DNA of 32,000 nt, from contig NZ_CP042905.2 of the NCBI RefSeq assembly GCF_008000775.2, forward strand, positions 1,200,001 to 1,232,000, read 5' to 3'. A program made the translations under genes and the position numbers. The DNA comes from Promethearchaeum syntrophicum (GTDB lineage Archaea; Asgardarchaeota; Lokiarchaeia; Sigyniarchaeales; Promethearchaeaceae). This document shows positions 9,810-19,496 of this stretch, piece by piece (positions within the stretch are counted from its first letter, which is position 1; the number at the start of each line of letters is the position of its first letter). The notes beneath the pieces are model-generated. The model worked only from the letters and a program-made list of their open reading frames with translations. It was not told the DNA's origin and did not search any database.

Positions 9810-11903
9810 ATGGAAGTGCTTATCAGTTTCATAATAAAAAATCTTGAAGGCTATACCGATCGGAAAATTCAGAAAGATTTTCCTGAAGATATGCTTTTTA
9901 TCGAGGTATTAAATGAAATCCTAAAAATAATAAATGGTAATATCACTTTGGACAAAATTTCAGTGATTTCAGCGATGAAAGGTCTATTTTCCTATGAAGA
10001 TGCTCGAAAAACTGTAAAAGAAATTGTTGCTATGCATTTATTTGAATTTACAATTACGAAGAGAGATTTAGTTAACGGACCCAACTTGATGTTAAAAGAA
10101 ATAACCTCAACCCAACCTGAAGAAGATTCTTCAAAAGGAATGCAATATGGATACTTAAAACCTAAAATTGAATCCAAACCAACTCCTCAACCAGATTTTA
10201 TTCAAGAACCAGTTCACATTCAAGAACTTGTTCCAGAACCAACTCAAGAAATTAAATCTCTTGAGTCTGAAATTATTGGTGAAAAATTAAGTGATATAGG
10301 TGCAATCGGAGGAAAAAAAGACACATCAGAAGTAGAATTGTTTTTTGCTGAAAAGAAAGAAAGAAAAAAGGTAAAAAATGAAATATTAGATGCAAAAGAA
10401 GCAATAGATAGAATGGATGATATGTTAAAAGAATCACCAGTAGAAGATCTGCTTTATAAAGCAAAGAAAGAAACTAAATTAACCGTTGATGATAGTTTAG
10501 AAGATAAATTAAAAAAGTCAGAAGAAAAAGATTTGAAATTATCCACTCATGCTCCTTCTGCTCCCGCAAGTCCACCTGCTAGTCCGCCTAAATCTCTCCC
10601 CCTATCGTCTGGATCTGCTCCACCACCACCTGGATCTGCGCCTAAATCACCTCAAACCCTTCGTGGTGGAATGACAGAAGAATTAAAAACTTTATTCTCA
10701 AAAACGAAGGAAGAGGAAACGGTTGAACCTCCTGCGGAACCTGCTGCTGATCTTTTTGCTCGTCATCATATGTCAAAAAGGAAACCTAAGTTATCTACTG
10801 AATCTGTTTCTGAATCTGCTCCTGAACGACGACGTGACTCATCAAAACCTTCACCTAAAAAATCTTTTCCTCCTCCCTCTCCGTCACCTCCTCCTCCTTC
10901 TCCAGAACCTGCTGTTACATCAGCAAGCTCTCAACCATTTTCAATTAAGCAAAAAAAGAAAGGTAAAAAAATGGGAGCAAGAATGAGGTCTTTAGCTGTT
11001 AAAACTGAAGAAGTTGAAGAGACTGCTATCAGTTTAGGTGAAAAAATTAAGGAAAAGAAAATCGCGGATGATTTTGATAATGATTTTGGAGCTGTAGAAG
11101 AAAGAGAAGAAGAAGTGTTAGAAAATTTCATGGAAACAAAGGTTCCAACAGAATTCCCTCCGTCTCAAGAATCTACAATATTGCCTGAAATGGCCGGATT
11201 AGCTAAAGAAATTGAGACTTCAAAGGAATATCAAAAAAATATCGCAATTGAATATTTTGATAAAATGAACCCAAAGAAATATTACCCTCTTCTTATCGAT
11301 ATCTCAGATTTAGAGCAAGCAACCACTATTAGCGAGGAAAATATCCTCACTGGAGAACGAAAGGTTCAGGTAAAAGAAACAATGGCTGTTGTTCTTAAAA
11401 GTAGTATTGTTAAAGTCAAACCGATGTTCCCCGGATGTAGCATTGTCCCCGAAGAAAGATATACTGACCTTGATGAGAAAGAAGATAAACTGACTTTTTA
11501 CGTTACTCCACTTGTGGATGATGAAATTGAAGCAGGTCGGATTGAATTTATCGATAGTGAAGGAAACATATTCCATTCTGCTCCCACACCAACAAAAGTC
11601 GAAGATCCTAGATATGCAAGGGTAATTGCATTATATGGTGGTCTAGCAAGTTTTCTTCCTAAAATTTTAGAGGGTTTAGGTTTTAGCTTTACCGAAGATA
11701 CGAATATAGCCACTCTCCTTCCATTTTTGCAATCAGTTCTTGGTGATATGAATCTTTCCAATTTTATCGGAATATCTGGAATACTAATCACAATTATCAT
11801 TTGCATAATCACTGTGATAGTTAGAAAACCGAATTCGGTTAAGAAAAAGTTTAAAGTCGCGCGAGTTGGTAGGTTAAAATCCGCAACTAAGGCGGTAAAG
11901 TAG
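9810..11903 (+). CDS. large proline-rich protein with charged regions and a single C-terminal transmembrane helix
   Basis: PPPP tracts (SSGSAPPPPGSAPKSP; SFPPPSPSPPPPSPEP), a folded-looking C-terminal region (YYPLLIDISDLEQATTISEENILTGERKVQVKETMAVVLKSSIVKVKPMFPGCSIVP...), TM segment FIGISGILITIIICIITVIV, then a basic tail. Confidence 0.8.
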   Translation: MEVLISFIIKNLEGYTDRKIQKDFPEDMLFIEVLNEILKIINGNITLDKISVISAMKGLFSYEDARKTVKEIVAMHLFEFTITKRDLVNGPNLMLKEITSTQPEEDSSKGMQYGYLKPKIESKPTPQPDFIQEPVHIQELVPEPTQEIKSLESEIIGEKLSDIGAIGGKKDTSEVELFFAEKKERKKVKNEILDAKEAIDRMDDMLKESPVEDLLYKAKKETKLTVDDSLEDKLKKSEEKDLKLSTHAPSAPASPPASPPKSLPLSSGSAPPPPGSAPKSPQTLRGGMTEELKTLFSKTKEEETVEPPAEPAADLFARHHMSKRKPKLSTESVSESAPERRRDSSKPSPKKSFPPPSPSPPPPSPEPAVTSASSQPFSIKQKKKGKKMGARMRSLAVKTEEVEETAISLGEKIKEKKIADDFDNDFGAVEEREEEVLENFMETKVPTEFPPSQESTILPEMAGLAKEIETSKEYQKNIAIEYFDKMNPKKYYPLLIDISDLEQATTISEENILTGERKVQVKETMAVVLKSSIVKVKPMFPGCSIVPEERYTDLDEKEDKLTFYVTPLVDDEIEAGRIEFIDSEGNIFHSAPTPTKVEDPRYARVIALYGGLASFLPKILEGLGFSFTEDTNIATLLPFLQSVLGDMNLSNFIGISGILITIIICIITVIVRKPNSVKKKFKVARVGRLKSATKAVK

Positions 11904-12065
11904 AAAAAAGATATTTTTTTACCTGATATATATTTACAAAAGTTTTTTTTCCTTTTTTTTCGAGTTCATCTAATATCTGTAAAATGATAAAAAATTGATA
12001 TAAGAGGATTATTGAAAGATAATAATGAAAAAATGAAATTTATTTAATGTTTAATGAGATTTCTA

Positions 12066-12251
12066 TTAATCTTTATCCCATGACCATTCTATTCCACACT
12101 TACCACAGATATATTTTTTTGCAAAAATTACTGGATAATCCATTATCTGATGAGTTTTGTCATCTACTTCTCTAATCATATTCCGGGTATAATTTCCACA
12201 CTTTGGGCACTCTAATCGAGAGCCTCCTTTCTGAACAAATTTTTCGCTCAT
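12066..12251 (-). CDS. stand-alone 61-aa zinc-ribbon protein homologous to the C-terminus of the gelsolin-like protein
   Basis: MSEKFVQKGGSRLECPKCGNYTRNMIREVDDKTHQIMDYPVIFAKKYICGKCGIEWSWDKD; two CxxC knuckles; about 33/50 identities to the 8611-9675 product C-terminus by eye. Confidence 0.85.
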   Translation of the reverse strand: MSEKFVQKGGSRLECPKCGNYTRNMIREVDDKTHQIMDYPVIFAKKYICGKCGIEWSWDKD

Positions 12252-12447
12252 TCAATTTTCACTTACTTATATTTTTACTTTTTTTTTCCTCTAAAACTCA
12301 TTGGTATTCCATTTTAGGGAGGATCATTTATTTTAGGTTTTAATGACCTATTAATGTTTAAGAAAAGCAATTGAAGAAAGAGAGAAAAAAATTGTAATTA
12401 TTATAAATTTTTTCTAGTGAGATTGGAATATTTTGGAGATTTTTTTA

Positions 12448-13002
12448 TTAGTTTGGTTTTTGAATTTCAATGTGGTAGATTCTTTCTATTTCCGGATGAA
12501 TTGAACCTCCCACAACACAAGTTTTTTTAGCTTTTTCTGCGATTTTTTCAATTTTTTCCATTGGTTCTTCTGTAATTAGCTTGGATGTAATTACAAATGA
12601 TTTTACACGGGCTGGAATAATGCCAAGGCTATATCTACGATCAATTAATGCGGAGATATGGACGCGAACATCCTTTACATTAAGGTTATATGCTGTGATA
12701 TAAAATAACCAATTAGTTTCCAGACAGCTTGCAAAAGCGCTGATTAACATTTGAACAGCATTCATGGCCGTGTTATCACCCGCTATACTTAAAGGTTCAT
12801 CAAGTTTTGCGGAATGCTCACCGGCTATAACACTCAATTGAAAATTTTCGATTTGAGTAGATGTAACTTCATATTTAGTTTCAAAGGGGGTAGAATCTAT
12901 GGTTTTATTGAGTCGGTCTGAGTGGTTTATTTCGTTATGAATTTTTTTAAGTTCAGTGAAATTCTTTTTCATCTTGGCAATTCTGGCAGATTCGATTAGC
13001 AT
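12448..13002 (-). CDS. OsmC-like family protein
   Basis: LDEPLSIAGDNTAMNAVQMLISAFASCLETNWLFYITAYNLNVKDVRVHISALIDRR...CVVGGSIHPEIERIYHIEI resembles the OsmC/Ohr fold, including the second-half Cys. Confidence 0.75.
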   Translation of the reverse strand: MLIESARIAKMKKNFTELKKIHNEINHSDRLNKTIDSTPFETKYEVTSTQIENFQLSVIAGEHSAKLDEPLSIAGDNTAMNAVQMLISAFASCLETNWLFYITAYNLNVKDVRVHISALIDRRYSLGIIPARVKSFVITSKLITEEPMEKIEKIAEKAKKTCVVGGSIHPEIERIYHIEIQKPN

Positions 13003-13144
13003 ATTAATTGATTAGATTAAAGTAGCATAAAATTTAAAGTTCAAAGGTTTTTTAAAAGAAAACATCAGAAATGTAAAATAAACCTTAAATTTTCTCTAGT
13101 TATTCAAGAACTTGAAATGAATTAAATTAAGGAGTGATTAAAAA

Positions 13145-13372
13145 ATGGTTGAAATAAATTTGGATATAACTAATAAAGTATGCCCTTTTTGTTTGTTGTT
13201 AGTGAAAAAGAAGCTAGCACCCATGATGAAAAATGATATTCTAATTGTGAAATGTGATCATCCGCCAGCAGCCACTGACACAATTCCATATGCTATGAAA
13301 AAAGCTCATTATCCTTGCGAATCAAAACTGTTGGAAAGCGGATTATGGGAGTTAAAAATAACCAAAAAATAG
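13145..13372 (+). CDS. TusA/SirA-like sulfur-carrier family protein, divergent
   Basis: 75 aa: DITNKVCPFCLLLVKKKLAPMMKNDILIVKCDHPPAATDTIPYAMKKAHY...LWELKITKK. Matches the TusA pattern (CPxP...GDxLxVxxDHPPAxxxIP) with CPFC in place of CPxP. Confidence 0.65.
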   Translation: MVEINLDITNKVCPFCLLLVKKKLAPMMKNDILIVKCDHPPAATDTIPYAMKKAHYPCESKLLESGLWELKITKK

Positions 13373-13383
13373 AGAATAATGAA

Positions 13384-14289
13384 TTAATTAAAATCAAAAA
13401 ATAGTTTTAGTCCTTCACTTTGAATAAAACCAAAGTTTTTAATAAGAAGATTGAGAAGTTCTAATAATTCTTGACCGCGTTGCAGCGTTTTCTCGTCTGT
13501 TTTAATATATTTATATTTTGGGGTTCCTGCTCTGGCTTTTTTTCTTAGAAATAGTTGATTTATTATTTCCTCCAATGTTATGCCTTTCACGGTAGACTTC
13601 GTATCGAAAAATAATGAGAAGATCACTTCTTTTTCCAGATCATTTTCCACAAGTGCATTTATTATCATTTGAATGCGATTTAATAAAACAGTTTTTTGAA
13701 GTAATGCTTCTTTTCGTTTTTTTTCGATAACGGTTATTTCCTTTTCAACAGTATGCAGTTGTTGCCCTAATGCTTTTAAGGAAAAATTTAACTGCGTATA
13801 ATCCATTCTAGATCGGGAGGAAGAGGTAATGGCTGTTTTCGGATCATGATTTAAAACATCCATCGCGTCTGCTAAATCTGATGGAGTATTTTCGCACTGC
13901 AAGGAGAAATAATTTGGAGTTAAATCAATTTTGGAAAAAATTGCAATTTGATTAGAGATCTGGTAATATTGTTTTTTCTGATCGGTTTGAGAAAGTGATA
14001 TTTCAATAATTCCAAATTCAACCAGCTTATCTAAATGTTTTTTAATAGCTTGCTTAGAAACTCCAAGATCAATTGCAAGATCGGAAGCGAACCTTGGAAA
14101 TTTGGAAAGTTTGGAAAGAATTTTTCTTCTAATATCGTTACCAATTAATTCAAAAAACATTTCATCATTAAACGACCCATCATTTCTTAACATCTTCTCT
14201 CTCCTTCCCGGAAATACCATTGGGACAGTTGAGGTTGGTTCTAGTTTTTTTTTATTCTTTTTTATTTCCACTTCTCTTTTCTTAGCCAT
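13384..14289 (-). CDS. HTH transcriptional regulator (ArsR-like winged helix plus coiled coil)
   Basis: RRKILSKLSKFPRFASDLAIDLGVSKQAIKKHLDKLVEFGIIEISLSQTDQKKQYYQIS, followed by a predicted coiled coil. Confidence 0.8.
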   Translation of the reverse strand: MAKKREVEIKKNKKKLEPTSTVPMVFPGRREKMLRNDGSFNDEMFFELIGNDIRRKILSKLSKFPRFASDLAIDLGVSKQAIKKHLDKLVEFGIIEISLSQTDQKKQYYQISNQIAIFSKIDLTPNYFSLQCENTPSDLADAMDVLNHDPKTAITSSSRSRMDYTQLNFSLKALGQQLHTVEKEITVIEKKRKEALLQKTVLLNRIQMIINALVENDLEKEVIFSLFFDTKSTVKGITLEEIINQLFLRKKARAGTPKYKYIKTDEKTLQRGQELLELLNLLIKNFGFIQSEGLKLFFDFN

Positions 14290-14329
14290 ATTGTTGACCT
14301 GAATTTGTCTGTTGAAATTAATTTTCTAT

Positions 14330-16570
14330 TTACATATATAAATCCTTTGAAAGTGCACCGTCTAGTTTTTGATATGCCTTCTCAGAACGCTTAGATGATT
14401 TAATTACAGAATTAATCGCTGTATCAAAATGAGTTTTTTTGATTTTCACAGAGTCTTTATCATCATCAGAAATATCCTTGAAATCTCCCTTTGAAATATA
14501 ATCTCGTATAGCAGCTTGAACTGATTCTTTGCATAAGGATTCAATATCTGCTCCTGTTTTTCCTTCCATATCAGATGCTAATGATTTTATATTCACATCA
14601 TTATCTAATGGAAGTCCTCGTAAGTGAATATTAAATATTTTTTCCCGTACTTCAATATTTGGTAAGCCGATTTCAATTTGTTTTTCGAATCTTCCTGCGC
14701 GAATCAGAGCAGGGTCAAGAATGTCAGGACGATTAGTTGCTGCAACTAAAACAACATCTTTTAAACTATTTAATCCATCGATTTCAGTCAGTAATTGGGA
14801 AACAATTCGTTCGGTAACTTGATTACCGCTATTTTTACTTCCCCCTCTTGCTGGTGCTATTGCATCTAATTCATCCATAAAAATAATACAAGGTGCTGCA
14901 GTTCTGGCTTTATGAAATGTCTCTCTGACTTTTTTTTCACTTTCTCCCACCCATTTGGAGAGAAATTCAGGACCTCTGACGGATATAAAATTAATTTCGG
15001 ATTCATGAGCTAAAGCTTTGGCTAAAAGCGTTTTTCCTGTTCCGGGTAATCCATATAGTAAAATACCTTTTACAGGTTTGGCATTTAAAAATTTGTGAAT
15101 ATTCGGAAATTTTAATGGCCATTCGACTGCCTCTTGTAACGCTTGTTTTGCATCATTTAAACCTCCAACATCATTCCAAGTTTCTACTGGAGTAGATATT
15201 AGGACTTCTCGTAATGCAGAGGGTTCGATATTCGCTAAAGCACGCTCAAAATCATTCTGGGTTATTATTAATCTTTCTAAAACTTCAGGAGAAATAACCT
15301 CTTCATCTAAATTTATGTCGGGTAGAATTCTACGTAGTGCAATCATTCCTGCTTCTTTGCATAATGCTTGAAGATCTGCACCAACAAATCCATGTGTCTT
15401 TTCTGAGAGGAATTTCAAGTTTACATCATCCCCAACTGCCATTCCTCGTGTATGAATCTGTAAAATTTCAAGACGCCCGCTTTTATTAGGAACACCAATC
15501 TCTAATTCACGATCAAACCTTCCGGGTCTTCTTAGAGCTTCATCTAGTGCATTTATTCGATTTGTAGCACCGATAACAACCACATTTTCTCTTGCATCTA
15601 ATCCGTCCATGAGAGATAATAATTGTGCAACTACTCGACGTTCTACTTCCCCTTGAACTTCTTCGCGTTTTGGGCTAATGCTATCTATTTCATCAATGAA
15701 AATTATTGCTGGTGCATTTTCTTGTGCTTCTTTAAAAACTCTACGTAAATTCTCTTCTGATTGACCATAAAACTTACTCATTATCTCTGGACCGCTCAGG
15801 GTGATAAAATGCGCATCTGTTTCGTTAGCCACTGCTCTTGCTAATAAAGTTTTGCCCGTTCCTGGAGGACCGTGGAGTAATAATCCTTTTGGTGGTTGAA
15901 TGCCTAATCGATTGAATATTTCTGGATGTCTTAATGGGAGTTCGATCATTTCTCTGGTTTTTTGAATAGCATCTGCAAGACCACCTAAATCTTCATAAGT
16001 TGTTCTTGGAATTACTCTTTCTAGTTCCTTAGTATCTACCGGTCGCTTTAAAATCTCAACTTGTGTGTTTCTGTTAATTTGTACGGCGTCCTTCTTTGGA
16101 GTAAAATTTTTACAAACGAAAAATACAGGACCACTCATTACATCAAAACTGATTAAATCCCCTGCCATGACTACGCGGTTTTCTAACACTTTAGCAAAAA
16201 TATTGGGATTTCTAACATTTATAGGCCTATCTAATGGTGCAAATTGAATAGTTTGAGCGGGATGAACCTCAATTTTCCTAATTAATACCCTTTCATCAAT
16301 GCTAGCTTTTAAATTTAACCTTAAAGAGCCGTCAATTCTGATTATTCCCGAATTTGTATCTTCTGAATAACCATGCATGACCAAGGCAGCAGTTTTTTTA
16401 TTATTTACTGGATTTTTTAATTCTATTCCATCACCAGCGTGAAGATCTAATTCTTTTTGAATTAAAGGATCTAATCTGGCAAAACCTCGACCAGCATCAC
16501 GTCTTCTTGAGTCAGAAATTCTTGCATATACATCTTGATCTTTTTTATCGTGTGGCATAATATTGTTCAA
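14330..16570 (-). CDS. cdc48: Cdc48/VCP-family AAA+ ATPase
   Basis: CDC48 N-domain and two AAA modules ([15 protein letters not shown]...[10 protein letters not shown]...[26 protein letters not shown]; [16 protein letters not shown]...[15 protein letters not shown]). The track start is TTG; an in-frame ATG at 16558 (MPHDKKDQD) is likelier. Confidence 0.97.
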   Translation of the reverse strand: MNNIMPHDKKDQDVYARISDSRRRDAGRGFARLDPLIQKELDLHAGDGIELKNPVNNKKTAALVMHGYSEDTNSGIIRIDGSLRLNLKASIDERVLIRKIEVHPAQTIQFAPLDRPINVRNPNIFAKVLENRVVMAGDLISFDVMSGPVFFVCKNFTPKKDAVQINRNTQVEILKRPVDTKELERVIPRTTYEDLGGLADAIQKTREMIELPLRHPEIFNRLGIQPPKGLLLHGPPGTGKTLLARAVANETDAHFITLSGPEIMSKFYGQSEENLRRVFKEAQENAPAIIFIDEIDSISPKREEVQGEVERRVVAQLLSLMDGLDARENVVVIGATNRINALDEALRRPGRFDRELEIGVPNKSGRLEILQIHTRGMAVGDDVNLKFLSEKTHGFVGADLQALCKEAGMIALRRILPDINLDEEVISPEVLERLIITQNDFERALANIEPSALREVLISTPVETWNDVGGLNDAKQALQEAVEWPLKFPNIHKFLNAKPVKGILLYGLPGTGKTLLAKALAHESEINFISVRGPEFLSKWVGESEKKVRETFHKARTAAPCIIFMDELDAIAPARGGSKNSGNQVTERIVSQLLTEIDGLNSLKDVVLVAATNRPDILDPALIRAGRFEKQIEIGLPNIEVREKIFNIHLRGLPLDNDVNIKSLASDMEGKTGADIESLCKESVQAAIRDYISKGDFKDISDDDKDSVKIKKTHFDTAINSVIKSSKRSEKAYQKLDGALSKDLYM

Positions 16571-16572
16571 CT

Positions 16573-17229
16573 TTATTTATTTATTTCTATCTTTGTTTTA
16601 GGCGCGCTTTTTATTTTCTTAAGAAAAATTTCGAGAATACCATCTTTAAAAATTGCCCGAGATCGGATTGGATCAATTTCTGATTGTAATTGGATTGTTC
16701 GGTAGTAATGGGATATATTTCTAGTCCCAAGGGCATAGATGTCCACATCCCATGGCGAAGCCCGTAGTTCTATATCATCTTCCTGCATTCCTGGAACTTC
16801 GATGATTATTACTAATTCCTCTTCACTCTGAAAAAAATCAATAAATGGTTTAGAATCTGCTGATTTGTAATAAACATGATTTCTTTCTACATAATCGAGC
16901 GCTTGAAGGAATTCTTTAAGGGCAATTGGATTAACTTCACTCTCATTTTCAACATTGAATCTGTTCTTTGATCCAGGATTATATGAGATATTAAATGCCC
17001 ATGCTCTTTCTCCATGTGGATAAACTCGGTATAAATCCTTTTTTACCTGAATTTCTTCTTCAGTTAAATTTTCCTCCATAATTGGTTCAAAAAGGTAATC
17101 GAATCTTTTGCCGTCTGTTTCATCGTTAAAAATTTTGTTTAGATTATTAGCGATTTTTTCCTTTAATTCTTGACTAACAAAAAATTCCTTAGCATAATTT
17201 TTAGCGTTTTTCCAGCTCCATTCGGGCAT
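16573..17229 (-). CDS. Hsp20/alpha-crystallin-domain protein
   Basis: EELVIIIEVPGMQEDDIELRASPWDVDIYALG...SRAIFKDGILEIFLKK. Confidence 0.8.
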   Translation of the reverse strand: MPEWSWKNAKNYAKEFFVSQELKEKIANNLNKIFNDETDGKRFDYLFEPIMEENLTEEEIQVKKDLYRVYPHGERAWAFNISYNPGSKNRFNVENESEVNPIALKEFLQALDYVERNHVYYKSADSKPFIDFFQSEEELVIIIEVPGMQEDDIELRASPWDVDIYALGTRNISHYYRTIQLQSEIDPIRSRAIFKDGILEIFLKKIKSAPKTKIEINK

Positions 17230-17342
17230 AAGTTTTTCACATTTTAGACAAATTATTATCGAAACTACTTTTTGTTGCTATGTACCAAAATTACCAAAAA
17301 TCATATTTAAATCAATGTAAAAAAATCTTCTTGCATTTTTAA

Positions 17343-17924
17343 TTAATCAATTTGCAATTTCTTTGCTTTTTTTTTGCTTCGCACGATTTTCTCTAATTCA
17401 ATATCTAGAATCCCATTTGAGTATCTAGCTTTAGCGATACTATTATTTACTGGTACTGGTAATTGGATTATTTTATGATGGTGAGGTGTTTTTATTTCAA
17501 TTTCTCTTGAAGCTGCTTGTAATTGGATGTTATGTTTTTTAACACCAGGAAGTTCAATTATTATTTTGAGCTTCTCATCTTCATCAAAGATATCAAAAAA
17601 TATATCTCTAACCACGTTAAGATTATTTCCATTAGAGATTTCTGGTATTTTACTAGGTAAAATTATATCTTTGCGAAATGCTTCTGTATTATTTAAGAAT
17701 GATCGGTTTGAATTTCCAAATTGTGAAAAATTTGATTGGAACTCCATCATATGTTTCTCTAGTTTTTTTAGTAATTCTGGATTTACAGTCTTTCCGTTAA
17801 TTTTTAATTCGGGTTTATCCATCCCGCTATTGTATGTGTATGACATTGAAAAATCCTTAGAATTCTCAATCGACCCTGAATATTCTTCCAATATCTTTCT
17901 TATTATATCAAATAAATTTTCCAT
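17343..17924 (-). CDS. Hsp20/alpha-crystallin-domain protein
   Basis: EKLKIIIELPGVKKHNIQLQAASREIEIKTPHHHK...NNSIAKARYSNGILDIELEKI. ATG at 17924 is preceded by GGGAGAGAG; the track start at 17942 is TTG. Confidence 0.8.
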   Translation of the reverse strand: MENLFDIIRKILEEYSGSIENSKDFSMSYTYNSGMDKPELKINGKTVNPELLKKLEKHMMEFQSNFSQFGNSNRSFLNNTEAFRKDIILPSKIPEISNGNNLNVVRDIFFDIFDEDEKLKIIIELPGVKKHNIQLQAASREIEIKTPHHHKIIQLPVPVNNSIAKARYSNGILDIELEKIVRSKKKAKKLQID

Positions 17925-17972
17925 TTTTTCTCTCTCTCCCAAAAGACAACTTTTAGTTCACTAATATTATAA

Positions 17973-17992
17973 GAAATTTCGAATATTTAAAT
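17973..17992 (-). promoter_or_regulatory. candidate promoter/operator of the hsp20-hsp20-cdc48 run
   Basis: TATA-like ATTTAAATAT (minus strand, 17992-17983) about 60 nt upstream of ATG 17924, next to overlapping perfect palindromes TTCGAA (17978-17983) and GAAATTTC (17973-17980). Confidence 0.35.
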
Positions 17993-18117
17993 GTTTTTAG
18001 TATAAAAATCAGTTTTCATAATAAAAAATTGACCTCCAAGCTTCAAAAACGAAATAAATATATTTTATTGTAGTTGGTCTCCAAGCTCTTTTAAAATGAA
18101 TTAATATTAAATGAAAT

Positions 18118-19464
18118 ATGGAAAATATTGATAAGAAAGAGGCTTTGTCAGAAATAAATACAAATTTAAAACCTCAAAATAAAAACGCTCGGAACTCCTT
18201 TCAAGCATTTATTTTTTTTTGGATTGGACAATTATTCTCAATCTTAGGCTCTAACATAGTTAGTTTCGTTTTAATTTGGACAATAACAGAACTCGCTCCA
18301 GAAAATAACACCGTGCTATCTATTGCCGCGTTTTTAGCTTTCATACCTTTTGTAGTATTCGTTCCAATTGCTGGTGTGGTTGCGGATAAGTGGAATAAAA
18401 AATCTATTATTCTAGTTGCAGATTCCCTGCAAGCAGCTCTCACACTTGTATATATTATCATTATAGCTTTAGGAAATCTTCAAATTTGGCATATTTATGC
18501 AATAGGTTTCCTTAGAGGAACCTGCGGTGCATTTCATGAACCCGTTTCATTTTCTGTGCTTTCCATCATGACTCCAAAAGATAAATTGAGTAGAATGAAC
18601 GGCTTGAATACGCTATTTAGTAGCCTTGTTAGGATTATCGCTCCCGTTATTGCAGGATTTTTGATGATATATCTAGACACAATGTGGGTTTTATCTATTG
18701 ATATTATTACCTTCTTAATTGCATTGGTTCCAATCATATATATTGCGTTTCCAAATGTTTTAGAGAGTTCTAAAGAATCCGATTTGAAAGGCGAAGGAAA
18801 GGGTTCGTTTTGGGGGCATCTGAAAGAAGGTTTCACTACTATTAAAAATATTCCTGGTTTAATGATGATAATGTTAATGGCAACTCTTTCAAATTTTTTC
18901 TTCCAACCATTAGATGCTCTCTTACCTAATTTTGTTAGAGTTTCACACTCAGGTGGGCAGCAAGAATTAGCATACTTTCTGGGATTTCTCAATTTAGGTG
19001 TGTTTTTGGGAGCAATTATAATGACTGTTAAGAAACATTGGAAACACATGGCAATAACTATTACGATAGGACTATTTTCAACATCAGTTGGTTATCTTGC
19101 ATTAGGATTGGTTCCTCCTGGCAGTTTTATTGCTCTGTATATTTTTGCGGCACTCTTCTTAGTCATGAATCCGATAGTCAACGGTCTTTTTCAAACGGCA
19201 ATTGTTTTTATGATTCCACCTGAAAAAATGGGACGTGTTATCAGCGTTTTAATCACTATGAGTTCAATCGCCAGTCCATTGGGGCTAATTATAGCAGGGC
19301 CTGCCGCTGATTTACTAGGTTCAATTCCAAAACTGTATATCATTTGTGGTATATTAAGCGCTGTATCAGTTGCATTGACAATTTTTCGAAAAGCTCCTTG
19401 GAATATGATGAAAGAAGGTCAAAGACTTCAGGATGAAGCAATGAAAGCAAAAGCTGAGGAATAA
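18118..19464 (+). CDS. MFS transporter (multidrug/macrolide efflux-like)
   Basis: About 12 hydrophobic segments; PIAGVVADKWNKKSIILVADSLQA matches the MFS loop 2-3 signature. Confidence 0.88.
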   Translation: MENIDKKEALSEINTNLKPQNKNARNSFQAFIFFWIGQLFSILGSNIVSFVLIWTITELAPENNTVLSIAAFLAFIPFVVFVPIAGVVADKWNKKSIILVADSLQAALTLVYIIIIALGNLQIWHIYAIGFLRGTCGAFHEPVSFSVLSIMTPKDKLSRMNGLNTLFSSLVRIIAPVIAGFLMIYLDTMWVLSIDIITFLIALVPIIYIAFPNVLESSKESDLKGEGKGSFWGHLKEGFTTIKNIPGLMMIMLMATLSNFFFQPLDALLPNFVRVSHSGGQQELAYFLGFLNLGVFLGAIIMTVKKHWKHMAITITIGLFSTSVGYLALGLVPPGSFIALYIFAALFLVMNPIVNGLFQTAIVFMIPPEKMGRVISVLITMSSIASPLGLIIAGPAADLLGSIPKLYIICGILSAVSVALTIFRKAPWNMMKEGQRLQDEAMKAKAEE

Positions 19465-19496
19465 TTTTTTATTTTTATTTTTTATGCAAGATTTTT

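Noticed and set aside
10640-10730. WH2-like actin-binding motif in 'LRGGMTEELKTLFSKTKEE' of the polyproline protein
   Set aside because: Superficially attractive after a PPPP tract, but it does not satisfy the LLxxIxxGxxLKKV-type consensus; no claim made without a profile search or binding data.
9992-11812. seven short ORFs overlapping the 9810-11903 gene
   Set aside because: The 697-aa frame has a consistent domain structure and TM anchor; the others are low-complexity shadows of proline/lysine-rich coding DNA.
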